A stretch of 32,000 nt of DNA from Nitrosomonas europaea (lineage in GTDB: Bacteria > Pseudomonadota > Gammaproteobacteria > Burkholderiales > Nitrosomonadaceae), in contig NZ_FUWK01000005.1 in NCBI RefSeq assembly GCF_900167395.1, forward strand, positions 53,649 to 85,648, read 5' to 3'. The notes beneath the pieces are model-generated. The model made no database searches. It was not told the origin of the DNA and saw only the letters and a program-made list of their open reading frames with translations. A program made the position numbers and the translations under genes. Shown here in pieces: positions 19,521 to 26,972 of this stretch (position 1 is the stretch's first letter; every line of letters begins with the position of its first letter).

Positions 19521-20283
19521 AGCCCAGTAAACGAACGATAAGAATGGAAACAGAAGCTGGCAGTACTGCCAGCCACCAGGCACCCCAATTCAACGGAAAG
19601 GGAAAACTGATACGCGCCTGATCTCGTTCCAGGCCACGTTTTATGACTTTTGCCGCACGATCGGGCGGCCACAGAAAAGGCTTTGAACCCGGCATATCGT
19701 CACACATGGGTGACTTGACATACCCCGGCATGATGACATTGATCTTGATCCCCTCTCTTGCCAGCCAGCCACGCAGCGCCTCACCATACGCCTTGAGGCC
19801 TGCCTTACTGGCACAATACGCCGGTGTGACGGGCAGACCGAAATAAGCAGCCAGAGAACTGACAAAAGCAATCTGTCCGCTGCCACGCATTCGCATGGAT
19901 GGAAGCACAGCATGCACAATAACCATTGCAGCCTTCAGATTGACATCCAGTAAGGCCTCCACCTCATCCAGCAGCTCAGATTCACCTGCAGAACCAACAT
20001 GTGTATTCATACCCGCATTGACGATCACCAGATCGAGTGGCTCCAGCACTTTCAGCCCGTCTTGCAGAGCAACGGAATCGCGCAAATCCAGACATTGCAT
20101 CAGGACATGCGCCCCTTTCAAACGGCAGCGTTCCGCCACTTCAGCCAGCTTTACCGCGTTACGACCCTGCAAATGAAGTGTTACGCCATGTTGCGCATAT
20201 ATTTCTGCCAGTGCAGCACCAATCGCCCCTGTTGCACCGGTAATCAGGATACTTCGTCCACTTTTATCAGGTAGCCTGCTCAT
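19510..20283 (-). CDS. SDR-family oxidoreductase with a hydrophobic C-terminal tail
   Basis: The product has ILITGATGAIGAALA (TGxxxGxG), NAG, and a catalytic S...YCASK (YxxxK). It ends in LNWGAWWLAVLPASVSILIVRLL, a possible membrane anchor. The ATG at 20283 overlaps the GT2 stop by 17 nt. The ORF-track start at 20325 is a TTG. Confidence 0.85.
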   Translation of the reverse strand: MSRLPDKSGRSILITGATGAIGAALAEIYAQHGVTLHLQGRNAVKLAEVAERCRLKGAHVLMQCLDLRDSVALQDGLKVLEPLDLVIVNAGMNTHVGSAGESELLDEVEALLDVNLKAAMVIVHAVLPSMRMRGSGQIAFVSSLAAYFGLPVTPAYCASKAGLKAYGEALRGWLAREGIKINVIMPGYVKSPMCDDMPGSKPFLWPPDRAAKVIKRGLERDQARISFPFPLNWGAWWLAVLPASVSILIVRLLGYGG

Positions 20284-21757
20284 TTCCACGTATTCCCCGC
20301 CAGGACCAGAAAAGAACCATGCCAAAACCTACACACACAGTGAAATTCAGCGGTATCAGGAAATAATTTCCTTTCTGAACAGCCGCCAGGATCGCCAGCA
20401 TCGAGTAAACAAAAGTAAACAGTTCCCCCGCCAGCAATATCATGTTGATACGCGGCATCCTCGCCCTGCGCTCGTCCATGCCTTTAGGTGTACGGTTAAA
20501 CTCCCCGTGCACACCGAGAAGCGCCCGAATACCTCCCGCAAAGTAATACCAGGCCATGGGCAGGAACATGGCAATGTACAAATAGATGCCCCACAACGTA
20601 CGTAGAGCACCTGGTTTTTCATCCAGCCTAGCGCCTTTACGCGCCCCGAAGGCATTATCCAGCCCCCAAACAGCTACCAATCCAAAAAAAGCCAGCAATA
20701 CCCACTGCATAGTTGCATTATCGAAATCAACCAGGTAATTCAATGGCAAACTCAAGAGTACCAATACATAAATCGAAGCCAGCAGCACAGAGGAAAACAT
20801 CATGGAAATCGCATGCAATCTCTTCATCAGAGGCATGCGCTGGTGCAGCATTTGCCGGACATGCTTGAATCCGCTATGAATCAGACCGCGCCCCCAGCGC
20901 TCACGCTGAACACGAAAAGCACTGACCGATTCGGGCAACAAAGACATCGAAACCACATCTCGCAGGTAAGCGTACTTCCATTCACCAAACTGTGCTCTGT
21001 AGCCAAGATCTACATCCTCGGTCACCATCGAAGTATTCCAGCCACCCAACACTTCAACACATGATTTCCGCCATACGCATGAACTGCCGCTCAATGAAGC
21101 CATATCACCCTCTTCGCTCAAACCCACGGTGACATATTGCTGATGCCCCATTTCCATGGCCTGAAAACGGGTCAGGAATGATTTGTTTTTGTTCTCATAA
21201 CCAATTCCTGTTTGCAGAAACCCTAACTGAGGATCTCGGAAATAGGGAATGGTTTTCAGTAGAAAATCCGGTGGAGGAACAAAATCCGCATCGAAAATAG
21301 CAAAAAACTCTCCTGAAGCCTGGTGAATACCATGGGCCAGGTTACCGGCCTTATAGCCCTGCCGATCATTACGACAAACATGCCGGATATTGACTCCTCG
21401 TGCCGCGTATTGCTCAACCCTGGCCCGTGCAAGCCTGGAAGTATCATCCGAAGAATCATCGAGCACCAGAATCTCCAGCAGATCTGCCGGATAGCGCAAT
21501 CGGCAGGCCGCATCGATCAGGCGCTCCACCACAAACGATTCATTGTGTACGGGTAGTAATACGCTCACTGATGGCTTGTAATCATCCCCAACACGGAGAG
21601 AAGGTTGCACTGCTTCAGTCAACTCAGTCAATTTACATCGCTCCACCCGGCGCGAGATAAACAAGATGCGCAGTTCCAGCAGCACATACAGTGCAAAATA
21701 GGCCACCACAACAAAAAATACGGTCTGGACAAAAAAAGAAAGCAACCCCAAAAGCAT
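20267..21757 (-). CDS. processive family-2 glycosyltransferase (membrane-integrated beta-glycan synthase type, CslA/CrdS/BcsA-like core, no PilZ domain)
   Basis: Motifs present are LVLDDSSDDT, FAIFDADF (DxD), MVTEDVDLGYR (TED) and QRERWGRG (QxxRW). One or two N-terminal and about four C-terminal TM helices are present, and the protein ends FNRTPKG. The ATG at 21757 has an AAGGA SD 9 nt upstream. The ORF-track start at 21793 is a TTG that overlaps the upstream gene. Confidence 0.85.
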   Translation of the reverse strand: MLLGLLSFFVQTVFFVVVAYFALYVLLELRILFISRRVERCKLTELTEAVQPSLRVGDDYKPSVSVLLPVHNESFVVERLIDAACRLRYPADLLEILVLDDSSDDTSRLARARVEQYAARGVNIRHVCRNDRQGYKAGNLAHGIHQASGEFFAIFDADFVPPPDFLLKTIPYFRDPQLGFLQTGIGYENKNKSFLTRFQAMEMGHQQYVTVGLSEEGDMASLSGSSCVWRKSCVEVLGGWNTSMVTEDVDLGYRAQFGEWKYAYLRDVVSMSLLPESVSAFRVQRERWGRGLIHSGFKHVRQMLHQRMPLMKRLHAISMMFSSVLLASIYVLVLLSLPLNYLVDFDNATMQWVLLAFFGLVAVWGLDNAFGARKGARLDEKPGALRTLWGIYLYIAMFLPMAWYYFAGGIRALLGVHGEFNRTPKGMDERRARMPRINMILLAGELFTFVYSMLAILAAVQKGNYFLIPLNFTVCVGFGMVLFWSWRGIRGNEQAT

Positions 21758-21771
21758 CGGGAATGATTCCT

Positions 21772-22857
21772 TCAGATCTTCACGACAGTACAAATTTCTT
21801 CCAGCCGGTGCACCCAGGTATGGTTCTGGCGCACATAAGCTGCGCCCGCCTCGGCACGCGCCATATCATCCGGTGACGGACCATATCGAAGACGTGAAAA
21901 CAATTCCTGTGCTTCATCACTGGAGCTCACCACATGACAGTAATCACGAAAATAACGATCGACTGCCTGGCTGGGATTGGTTACGACGATTCCCCCGCAA
22001 GCCAGTATTTCCAGCAATCGCCGTGAATACATCGTTTCGGAACGGGTAATCGAATTCACATTGAGCGAAATTGCATGTGATTTATAGATCTTCGCCGTTT
22101 CCCGGTGAGGAACTCTGCCATGCAAGTGCAACCGGCTGTTTTCAGGAAAACGAAATTCAAAATGTCTTGATAAACGATCATGATTCCGATCAAAAATATT
22201 CAATGACAAATCCGTTCTCTCACAGGCATCAAACACCATGTCGAGAAACAACTTACGCTCATTCAATATTCGCTGGTAGTAACTGCCTGTAAAGCAGGCT
22301 TCATTACGCGTGAATTCAAAACCCGTAAAATTATGAAATGCCGGCTGATAAGGCATGATCAGCGGATTGACGGGCACATGTGCGGGTAATTGTTGCCGAT
22401 AGCTTTCGATACACTCATTGTCCGTTGTAAAAACGTAATCGAAAGCCTTCGCCACATCGATGAAGGCATCAAAAAAGACATCATCATCCTTGTTCCAGAA
22501 TATGGTGGGAATGCCGCGACTCCTGGCAAACTCAACCAGCTGGTAAATAGCCGTTGGCTTGCTCAAACGCAACCACTTCGGCTGTTTCGCCAGTTCATAC
22601 CGCCAGGACCCCCTGGATCCGTGGAAAGCAGATTCGACAAATATCAGATCCGGCTTCCATTCGCCGATAACCATCCTGAAATTCCCGGGTGTCAGCGCTT
22701 TCACACGACATTCTGCAGACAAACAATCGGCGGTGAAATAATCGGTCACCATTGCGATTTTCAAGCGTCCGAATGGCCCCGGCCGTTCAACAGCATCAGG
22801 AATTTCCGGATACTTATATACCAACGAACCCAGTTTTCTAATGGCTCTGCCAATCAT
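21772..22857 (-). CDS. CgeB-family glycosyltransferase (DUF3880 plus GT1-like C-terminal domain)
   Basis: The 361-aa product shows the family pattern KIAMVTDYFT...WKPDLIFVESAFHG...RGIPTIFWNKDDDVFFDAFIDVAKAFDYVFTTD...FTGSYY...NIFDRN...SLNVNSITRSETMYSRRLLEILACGG. The ATG has a GAGGA SD 9 nt upstream. Confidence 0.8.
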   Translation of the reverse strand: MIGRAIRKLGSLVYKYPEIPDAVERPGPFGRLKIAMVTDYFTADCLSAECRVKALTPGNFRMVIGEWKPDLIFVESAFHGSRGSWRYELAKQPKWLRLSKPTAIYQLVEFARSRGIPTIFWNKDDDVFFDAFIDVAKAFDYVFTTDNECIESYRQQLPAHVPVNPLIMPYQPAFHNFTGFEFTRNEACFTGSYYQRILNERKLFLDMVFDACERTDLSLNIFDRNHDRLSRHFEFRFPENSRLHLHGRVPHRETAKIYKSHAISLNVNSITRSETMYSRRLLEILACGGIVVTNPSQAVDRYFRDYCHVVSSSDEAQELFSRLRYGPSPDDMARAEAGAAYVRQNHTWVHRLEEICTVVKI

Positions 22858-23005
22858 GGTTATATATCCTCGGGCTTATCGATATCTCACGCACATGATT
22901 TTCTCATTGCCATAAACCGGCCATGGGTCGCAAGATATCACCATTTATCAGTGAGGTACTTGGCTTCTCAGCTTGTTGACATATAGTACGGGAGCATTAT
23001 TCCGG

Positions 23006-23242
23006 CTAATTTGAATTGGCAAGTCGTAAATACCCCTTTATTTCGAGCAATAGAAATAAACCGGGAACTCCAGATGGATGAAATGGCGCCTCTGGCCTTC
23101 CGATGACAAGCCCAATAGCAATACAAAATGGCTGTTCCATTGCAAAGAATTGCAATGTGGATACGTAACTATCTTTCAGAATCTGCTGAATTGCTTCATG
23201 CCCGTCGGCATCCACAATAACGAAGGTAATATTATCGCGAGG
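23006..23242 (-). pseudogene. 79 sense codons in frame with the GT4 gene and separated from it only by its TAG stop; weak GT2-N-terminus-like sequence (possible relic of a longer or fused ancestor)
   Basis: The GT4 stop is TAG at 23245-23243. The same frame then continues PRDNITFVIVDADGHEAIQQILKDSYVSTLQFFAMEQP... to the stop at 23006-23008. ITFVIVDADGHEAIQQILKD resembles the EIIVVDDGSTD..IL segment of GT2 enzymes. Confidence 0.25.
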
Positions 23243-24547
23243 CTACGAATCATAGGGCTTTGCCATCTTATCCACGAAACGGTGCCAGCAACGCTTTGCC
23301 AACACATAATCCCGCGCCTGGTCACTCATCTCCCTCAGTTTTTCCTCGTTCCCCAGAGCAGCTTCAATAACATGAGCCAGATCTGCTGCATCACCCGATC
23401 TGAAGAACCATCCAGCCGGGTCATCCCCCAGCTCATCACGAAACACGGGAAGATCTGGAACAATCACCGGTTTTCCCATCGCCAGGGCTTCCACCAGTTT
23501 GATCGGCGGCACAATCTCACACACCTTGAACGGCTTGCGCGGTATGCACACCAGCGCACAACGTGCCAGCTTCTCACGCGCTGCATCGGGTGGCATTTTG
23601 CCTGAAAAGTAAATACGCTCAGACAAACCCAGGCGCTGTACCCGGGTCTCCAGTTGCGGGCGAGCTTCGCCATCACCGATGATCACCACTCTGACTGAAC
23701 TTCCGGATCGGACGAGTATATCCACTGCATCGATCAACGTATCCAATCCCTCGTAACCCATCAATGAACCTGCGTAACCAATGGTATTCGACTCGATCTG
23801 CTGCGGATCGGCTATCAGAAATCGTTCCGGATCAACACAATTGGGCAGCAAAGCCATGCGGCCCGCATCGATATCCCAGTTCGTCTGAACATACTTGCCA
23901 AGCTGCTCGGAAATCACAAACAATCTGTCAGCATGGCGAGCAACCAGCCCTTCCAGCTGCAACCCCTGCTTATATGCCTGTGAATCTTCATAGCCCGGCT
24001 GACGGGATATACGGGTAAGCTCCCATAAACCACGCATTTCATACTGAAAGGGAATCCCCAGCTGCCGGGCTGCCAGCAAAGCCGGCAAGGCATTGACATG
24101 ATTGGAGGCCGCGTGAATCACCGCCACACGATGTCGCACTGCTGATTCCGCTACTACCCGTGCCGCCTGCAGGGCATACTGCAGCACCGGTCTGTTGTTG
24201 GCAGGTGCTTGTGCATGGCGATAACACATATCGCCAACCGTTGTCTCCTCGCTGACCGGGTCACACAAACGATCCTTCCGGTCCCACGGATACCCTGGCC
24301 GGGTCAGCACATGCACCCGGGCGCCTGCTTTATTCAGAGCACATACCACCTCATGTGTGCGAGTCGTATAACCACTGGTGTGATACGGCAATACACTTGC
24401 CGCCACATATAACAAATTTCCCGGCTGGGGCTCATACGGTATCCGGCCGGAATGTTCGAATAATCTTCTTTCAAGGATATGAAAAGTCAGCAAACGGCTG
24501 AATGCAAGCCATGATTCCGTCAGCCATGTCTGCAAGGGTCTCTTCAT
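23243..24547 (-). CDS. GT4 (GT-B, group 1) glycosyltransferase
   Basis: The C-terminal domain shows GYAGSLMGYEGLDTLIDAV...VVIIGDGEARPQLE...IYFSGKMP...ALVCIPR...EIVPPIKLVEALAMGKPVIVPDLPVFRDELG, an EX7E-type region. I set the start at the ATG at 24547 (MKRPLQTW...), which overlaps the upstream gene stop as ATGA. The ORF is open further, to 24613. Confidence 0.85.
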   Translation of the reverse strand: MKRPLQTWLTESWLAFSRLLTFHILERRLFEHSGRIPYEPQPGNLLYVAASVLPYHTSGYTTRTHEVVCALNKAGARVHVLTRPGYPWDRKDRLCDPVSEETTVGDMCYRHAQAPANNRPVLQYALQAARVVAESAVRHRVAVIHAASNHVNALPALLAARQLGIPFQYEMRGLWELTRISRQPGYEDSQAYKQGLQLEGLVARHADRLFVISEQLGKYVQTNWDIDAGRMALLPNCVDPERFLIADPQQIESNTIGYAGSLMGYEGLDTLIDAVDILVRSGSSVRVVIIGDGEARPQLETRVQRLGLSERIYFSGKMPPDAAREKLARCALVCIPRKPFKVCEIVPPIKLVEALAMGKPVIVPDLPVFRDELGDDPAGWFFRSGDAADLAHVIEAALGNEEKLREMSDQARDYVLAKRCWHRFVDKMAKPYDS

Positions 24548-25500
24548 TTTTTTACTGCCTTGAACTCTGCCAGCGAAAGGTCGGCCGTATGCGTCGTTTT
24601 TATCTTGCCGCATGCATACAAATCCAGAAAATCGGCCGTTGTAATGATGTCGTAGTCCCTGGCAAGCCGGCGTACAAGCTTGCGATAGTCTTCGATCCTT
24701 TTGTCATCACGGTAAACCGCATAACCATCCTTATCCCAGTAAAGCAACGACCAGGAGTGCAATAACACCACCAGAAAAGAAGGATCCGCACCCACGGTAT
24801 AAGGCCGTAATACTCGCCACGGCGGACTGCCCAACCAATCTCCAACCGGAAACTGTAAACGTCCCCACCATTCCTTGCCGAATAATGGAAAAAACTTGCG
24901 TTCAGTCACAGGCACTTCTATCACGCCATTTGACCAGAGATAGGAATGGTTGGTCGGCTCACTATAAGTACATTGCCCTTTCAGGCGAGCATTCATGGAA
25001 TTGTTGAAAGAAAGCGACACACCTGCCTCCTGCAACGCACGCAAAGTATCCGCATTCCAGCGAAACGATCCGGCGCGGAAAGCCCGCAGCGGTTTCCCAG
25101 TCAGATCTGAAATCAATTTGCCAAAGTATTTTATGGTGAACGTTGCCTTCTCGATTCCATACTGATTAAGAAAGCGCGGCCGATATTTGAAACCGTGCTC
25201 CTTCCAGAATTGCTCAGGCAGATACTCGGGATGGGCATGCAACTGCACATCCTGGCCATCCTGATCGAGCCAGCGCACGACATCGAGCGTTTGATCCAGA
25301 CAGGCATAAGCGCCGCACATATCCACGAAAAAAACCTGTTTCACTCCACACTCATTGCCGATCGCACACATTTCCCTGATTCCCGCACACCCTCCATCAT
25401 GCTCTCCCCACATCAGGCGTTTGATATGGTCCTGTACGGCACGCTTGGGCAAGGCCTCCGTATCCACCGTCAACATGGCATAGCGATTCCTGCCAATCAT
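24544..25500 (-). CDS. divergent polysaccharide-deacetylase-like (CE4-like) protein
   Basis: The 318-aa product has, in CE4 order, MLTVDTE (an aspartate motif in place of TFDD), LHAHPE (HxxH-like), RAFRAGSFRW (like the RxPxG motif) and VVLLHSW (LxH). The assignment rests on motif order only. An AAGGGAAG SD lies upstream. Confidence 0.55.
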   Translation of the reverse strand: MIGRNRYAMLTVDTEALPKRAVQDHIKRLMWGEHDGGCAGIREMCAIGNECGVKQVFFVDMCGAYACLDQTLDVVRWLDQDGQDVQLHAHPEYLPEQFWKEHGFKYRPRFLNQYGIEKATFTIKYFGKLISDLTGKPLRAFRAGSFRWNADTLRALQEAGVSLSFNNSMNARLKGQCTYSEPTNHSYLWSNGVIEVPVTERKFFPLFGKEWWGRLQFPVGDWLGSPPWRVLRPYTVGADPSFLVVLLHSWSLLYWDKDGYAVYRDDKRIEDYRKLVRRLARDYDIITTADFLDLYACGKIKTTHTADLSLAEFKAVKK

Positions 25501-25541
25501 TTATAGTCTTCCCTTACGAGCGCTTTCCAACGAAGGTATGA

Positions 25542-25781
25542 TCATGGCCTCACAGAAACGCCATATTTAGTCGATGAACACCAGAAATATTTTGTGATAT
25601 GAAATGGAATGGATCTCGCTGCTACTAACGGGCTCCTGATGAAAAGGAATGCTCTATTCCTGAATAAAACAGGCAATTTATTACTCAACAAATCATGATG
25701 CTTCAGTAAATTCCACTCTGACCTGGCAATCCTGGTCACCAATTCCTGCCACACTATTTGTGCTGCTTCAAAAATGCTCAT
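25542..25781 (-). CDS. 79-aa ORF (TTG start), a possible relic paralogous to the N-terminus of the 184-aa orphan at 26973-27527
   Basis: An ungapped by-eye alignment gives 11 identities over 38 residues (IFEAAQIVWQELVTRIARSEWNLLKHHDLLSNKLPVLF vs VVEATRILRREFAVWGNRLDRFFLARYSLLVDKPPKDF). A shared R.R.FL.FI segment follows. The start is non-ATG and no SD is visible. Confidence 0.2.
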   Translation of the reverse strand: MSIFEAAQIVWQELVTRIARSEWNLLKHHDLLSNKLPVLFRNRAFLFIRSPLVAARSIPFHITKYFWCSSTKYGVSVRP

Positions 25782-26253
25782 TACCAGGTTATTTCGTCAG
25801 AAACCAAAGTAATGATTCTCCCAGCTCCCGGCCAGGCTCCATCCATCGAAATATCAGGTTTTTTACAGGGATTTCTGTTTATCACTCCTGCCAGTTGTGT
25901 GACGCAGCACCTTGCACACCCTGATTTTCTCAAGTTTAAGTTGGCGTGATGGAATCTGATTGAATATCACAGGTAGCGTATTCGTAAATCAGTATGGAAT
26001 ACCAGGCAAGAAAACCAGCCAGAAATACAGCCCGGGGGCCTTGATCAGACGTTCATTGACAGGGTATGGAGGTAGCAGAAAAGCACATAGCTGATTTCCA
26101 GTACAGAAATCCAGACCTTGGCGGTGTTATGGGTGATACCGCAATCGACGGCAGGCAGTGGACAGGTTGAGTATCTGCCGGGCACAGCCGGCACATAAGC
26201 GCACAAAACGCTGAATGCTATCCAAACTCTGTATGTTATTGAGTTGTGTGTGG

Positions 26254-26287
26254 AATCATGCAAATTGCAATTACAATTTGCATGATT
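26254..26287. repeat. 34-bp near-perfect palindrome AATCATGCAAATTG-caatta-CAATTTGCATGATT
   Basis: The 14-bp arms are perfectly complementary, and 4 of the 6 central bases also pair. It lies in the AT-rich ORF-free gap, 86 nt downstream of the hns stop. No U-run follows on either strand. Confidence 0.9.
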
Positions 26288-26372
26288 AATTAAAACTACT
26301 TCACAAGTACTGTGATTAGAATTCGCATATAGTCATCAGCAAACCCAACCTTGCTTCAAACAGGCTTATTAA

Positions 26373-26663
26373 TTACATCAACAGTTCTTCAAGATTCCCA
26401 CCTGCTTCAAGGTGCTCTTTTATCCACCCGGGCTGACGCCCGCGCCCCGACCAGGTCCGATTACCTTTTTTATACAAAGGAGGAAAAATCGTTTTTTTCT
26501 GCTTCTCACCAAAGCCTAAATCTTTCTCAGTGATGCCATATAGCTGAATCTTGACTTTGATATCCGCAATAATATCGGCTATCTCTTTCGCACGAATTTC
26601 ATTTGCCTGCTTTTGCAATTTCTTGATTTCTTCCTGAATCTCAATATAGGTTAAGTTTTTCAT
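26373..26663 (-). CDS. hns: H-NS family nucleoid-associated DNA-binding protein
   Basis: The 96-aa product has an N-terminal coiled-coil (EIQEEIKKLQKQANEIRAKEIADIIADIK) and the C-terminal H-NS DNA-binding signature TWSGRGRQPGW. The gene and its flanks are AT-rich. Confidence 0.9.
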   Translation of the reverse strand: MKNLTYIEIQEEIKKLQKQANEIRAKEIADIIADIKVKIQLYGITEKDLGFGEKQKKTIFPPLYKKGNRTWSGRGRQPGWIKEHLEAGGNLEELLM

Positions 26664-26684
26664 TTTCGATAATTAAATTATTTT

Positions 26685-26927
26685 CTAATTTTTTCCTTGC
26701 AAGATTCTGTGACGTAATGACGAATAATGGAAGAGCATTCTGCCACAGAATACCCGGTTAGCAATGGCTTGCAGTTCTATATGTTTAACCTGTACAGGCA
26801 ACTTCTTTAGTTTTGGAGCGTTTCTATCCGCCACCCTATATAAATCTTCCGCAAAAGTAATGTCATACCATTCAATCTTTGCTTTGATATCGCTGATAAT
26901 AACAGACAGCTCTTCTTCGCGAACCAT
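26685..26927 (-). CDS. truncated, degenerate H-NS paralogue (pseudogene or H-NST-like oligomerisation-only protein)
   Basis: VREEELSVIISDIKAKIEWYDIT aligns with IRAKEIADIIADIKVKIQLYGIT of the adjacent H-NS at 12 of 23 identities. About 25 N-terminal residues are missing. The DNA-binding motif is degenerate (RVFCGRMLFHY where TWSGRGRQPGW is expected). The ORF ends 21 nt before the hns ATG. Confidence 0.45.
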   Translation of the reverse strand: MVREEELSVIISDIKAKIEWYDITFAEDLYRVADRNAPKLKKLPVQVKHIELQAIANRVFCGRMLFHYSSLRHRILQGKN

Positions 26928-26972
26928 TCCGATCCGTTCTCAAAACTCCCCGATTTATCCCTGAATCATTAC

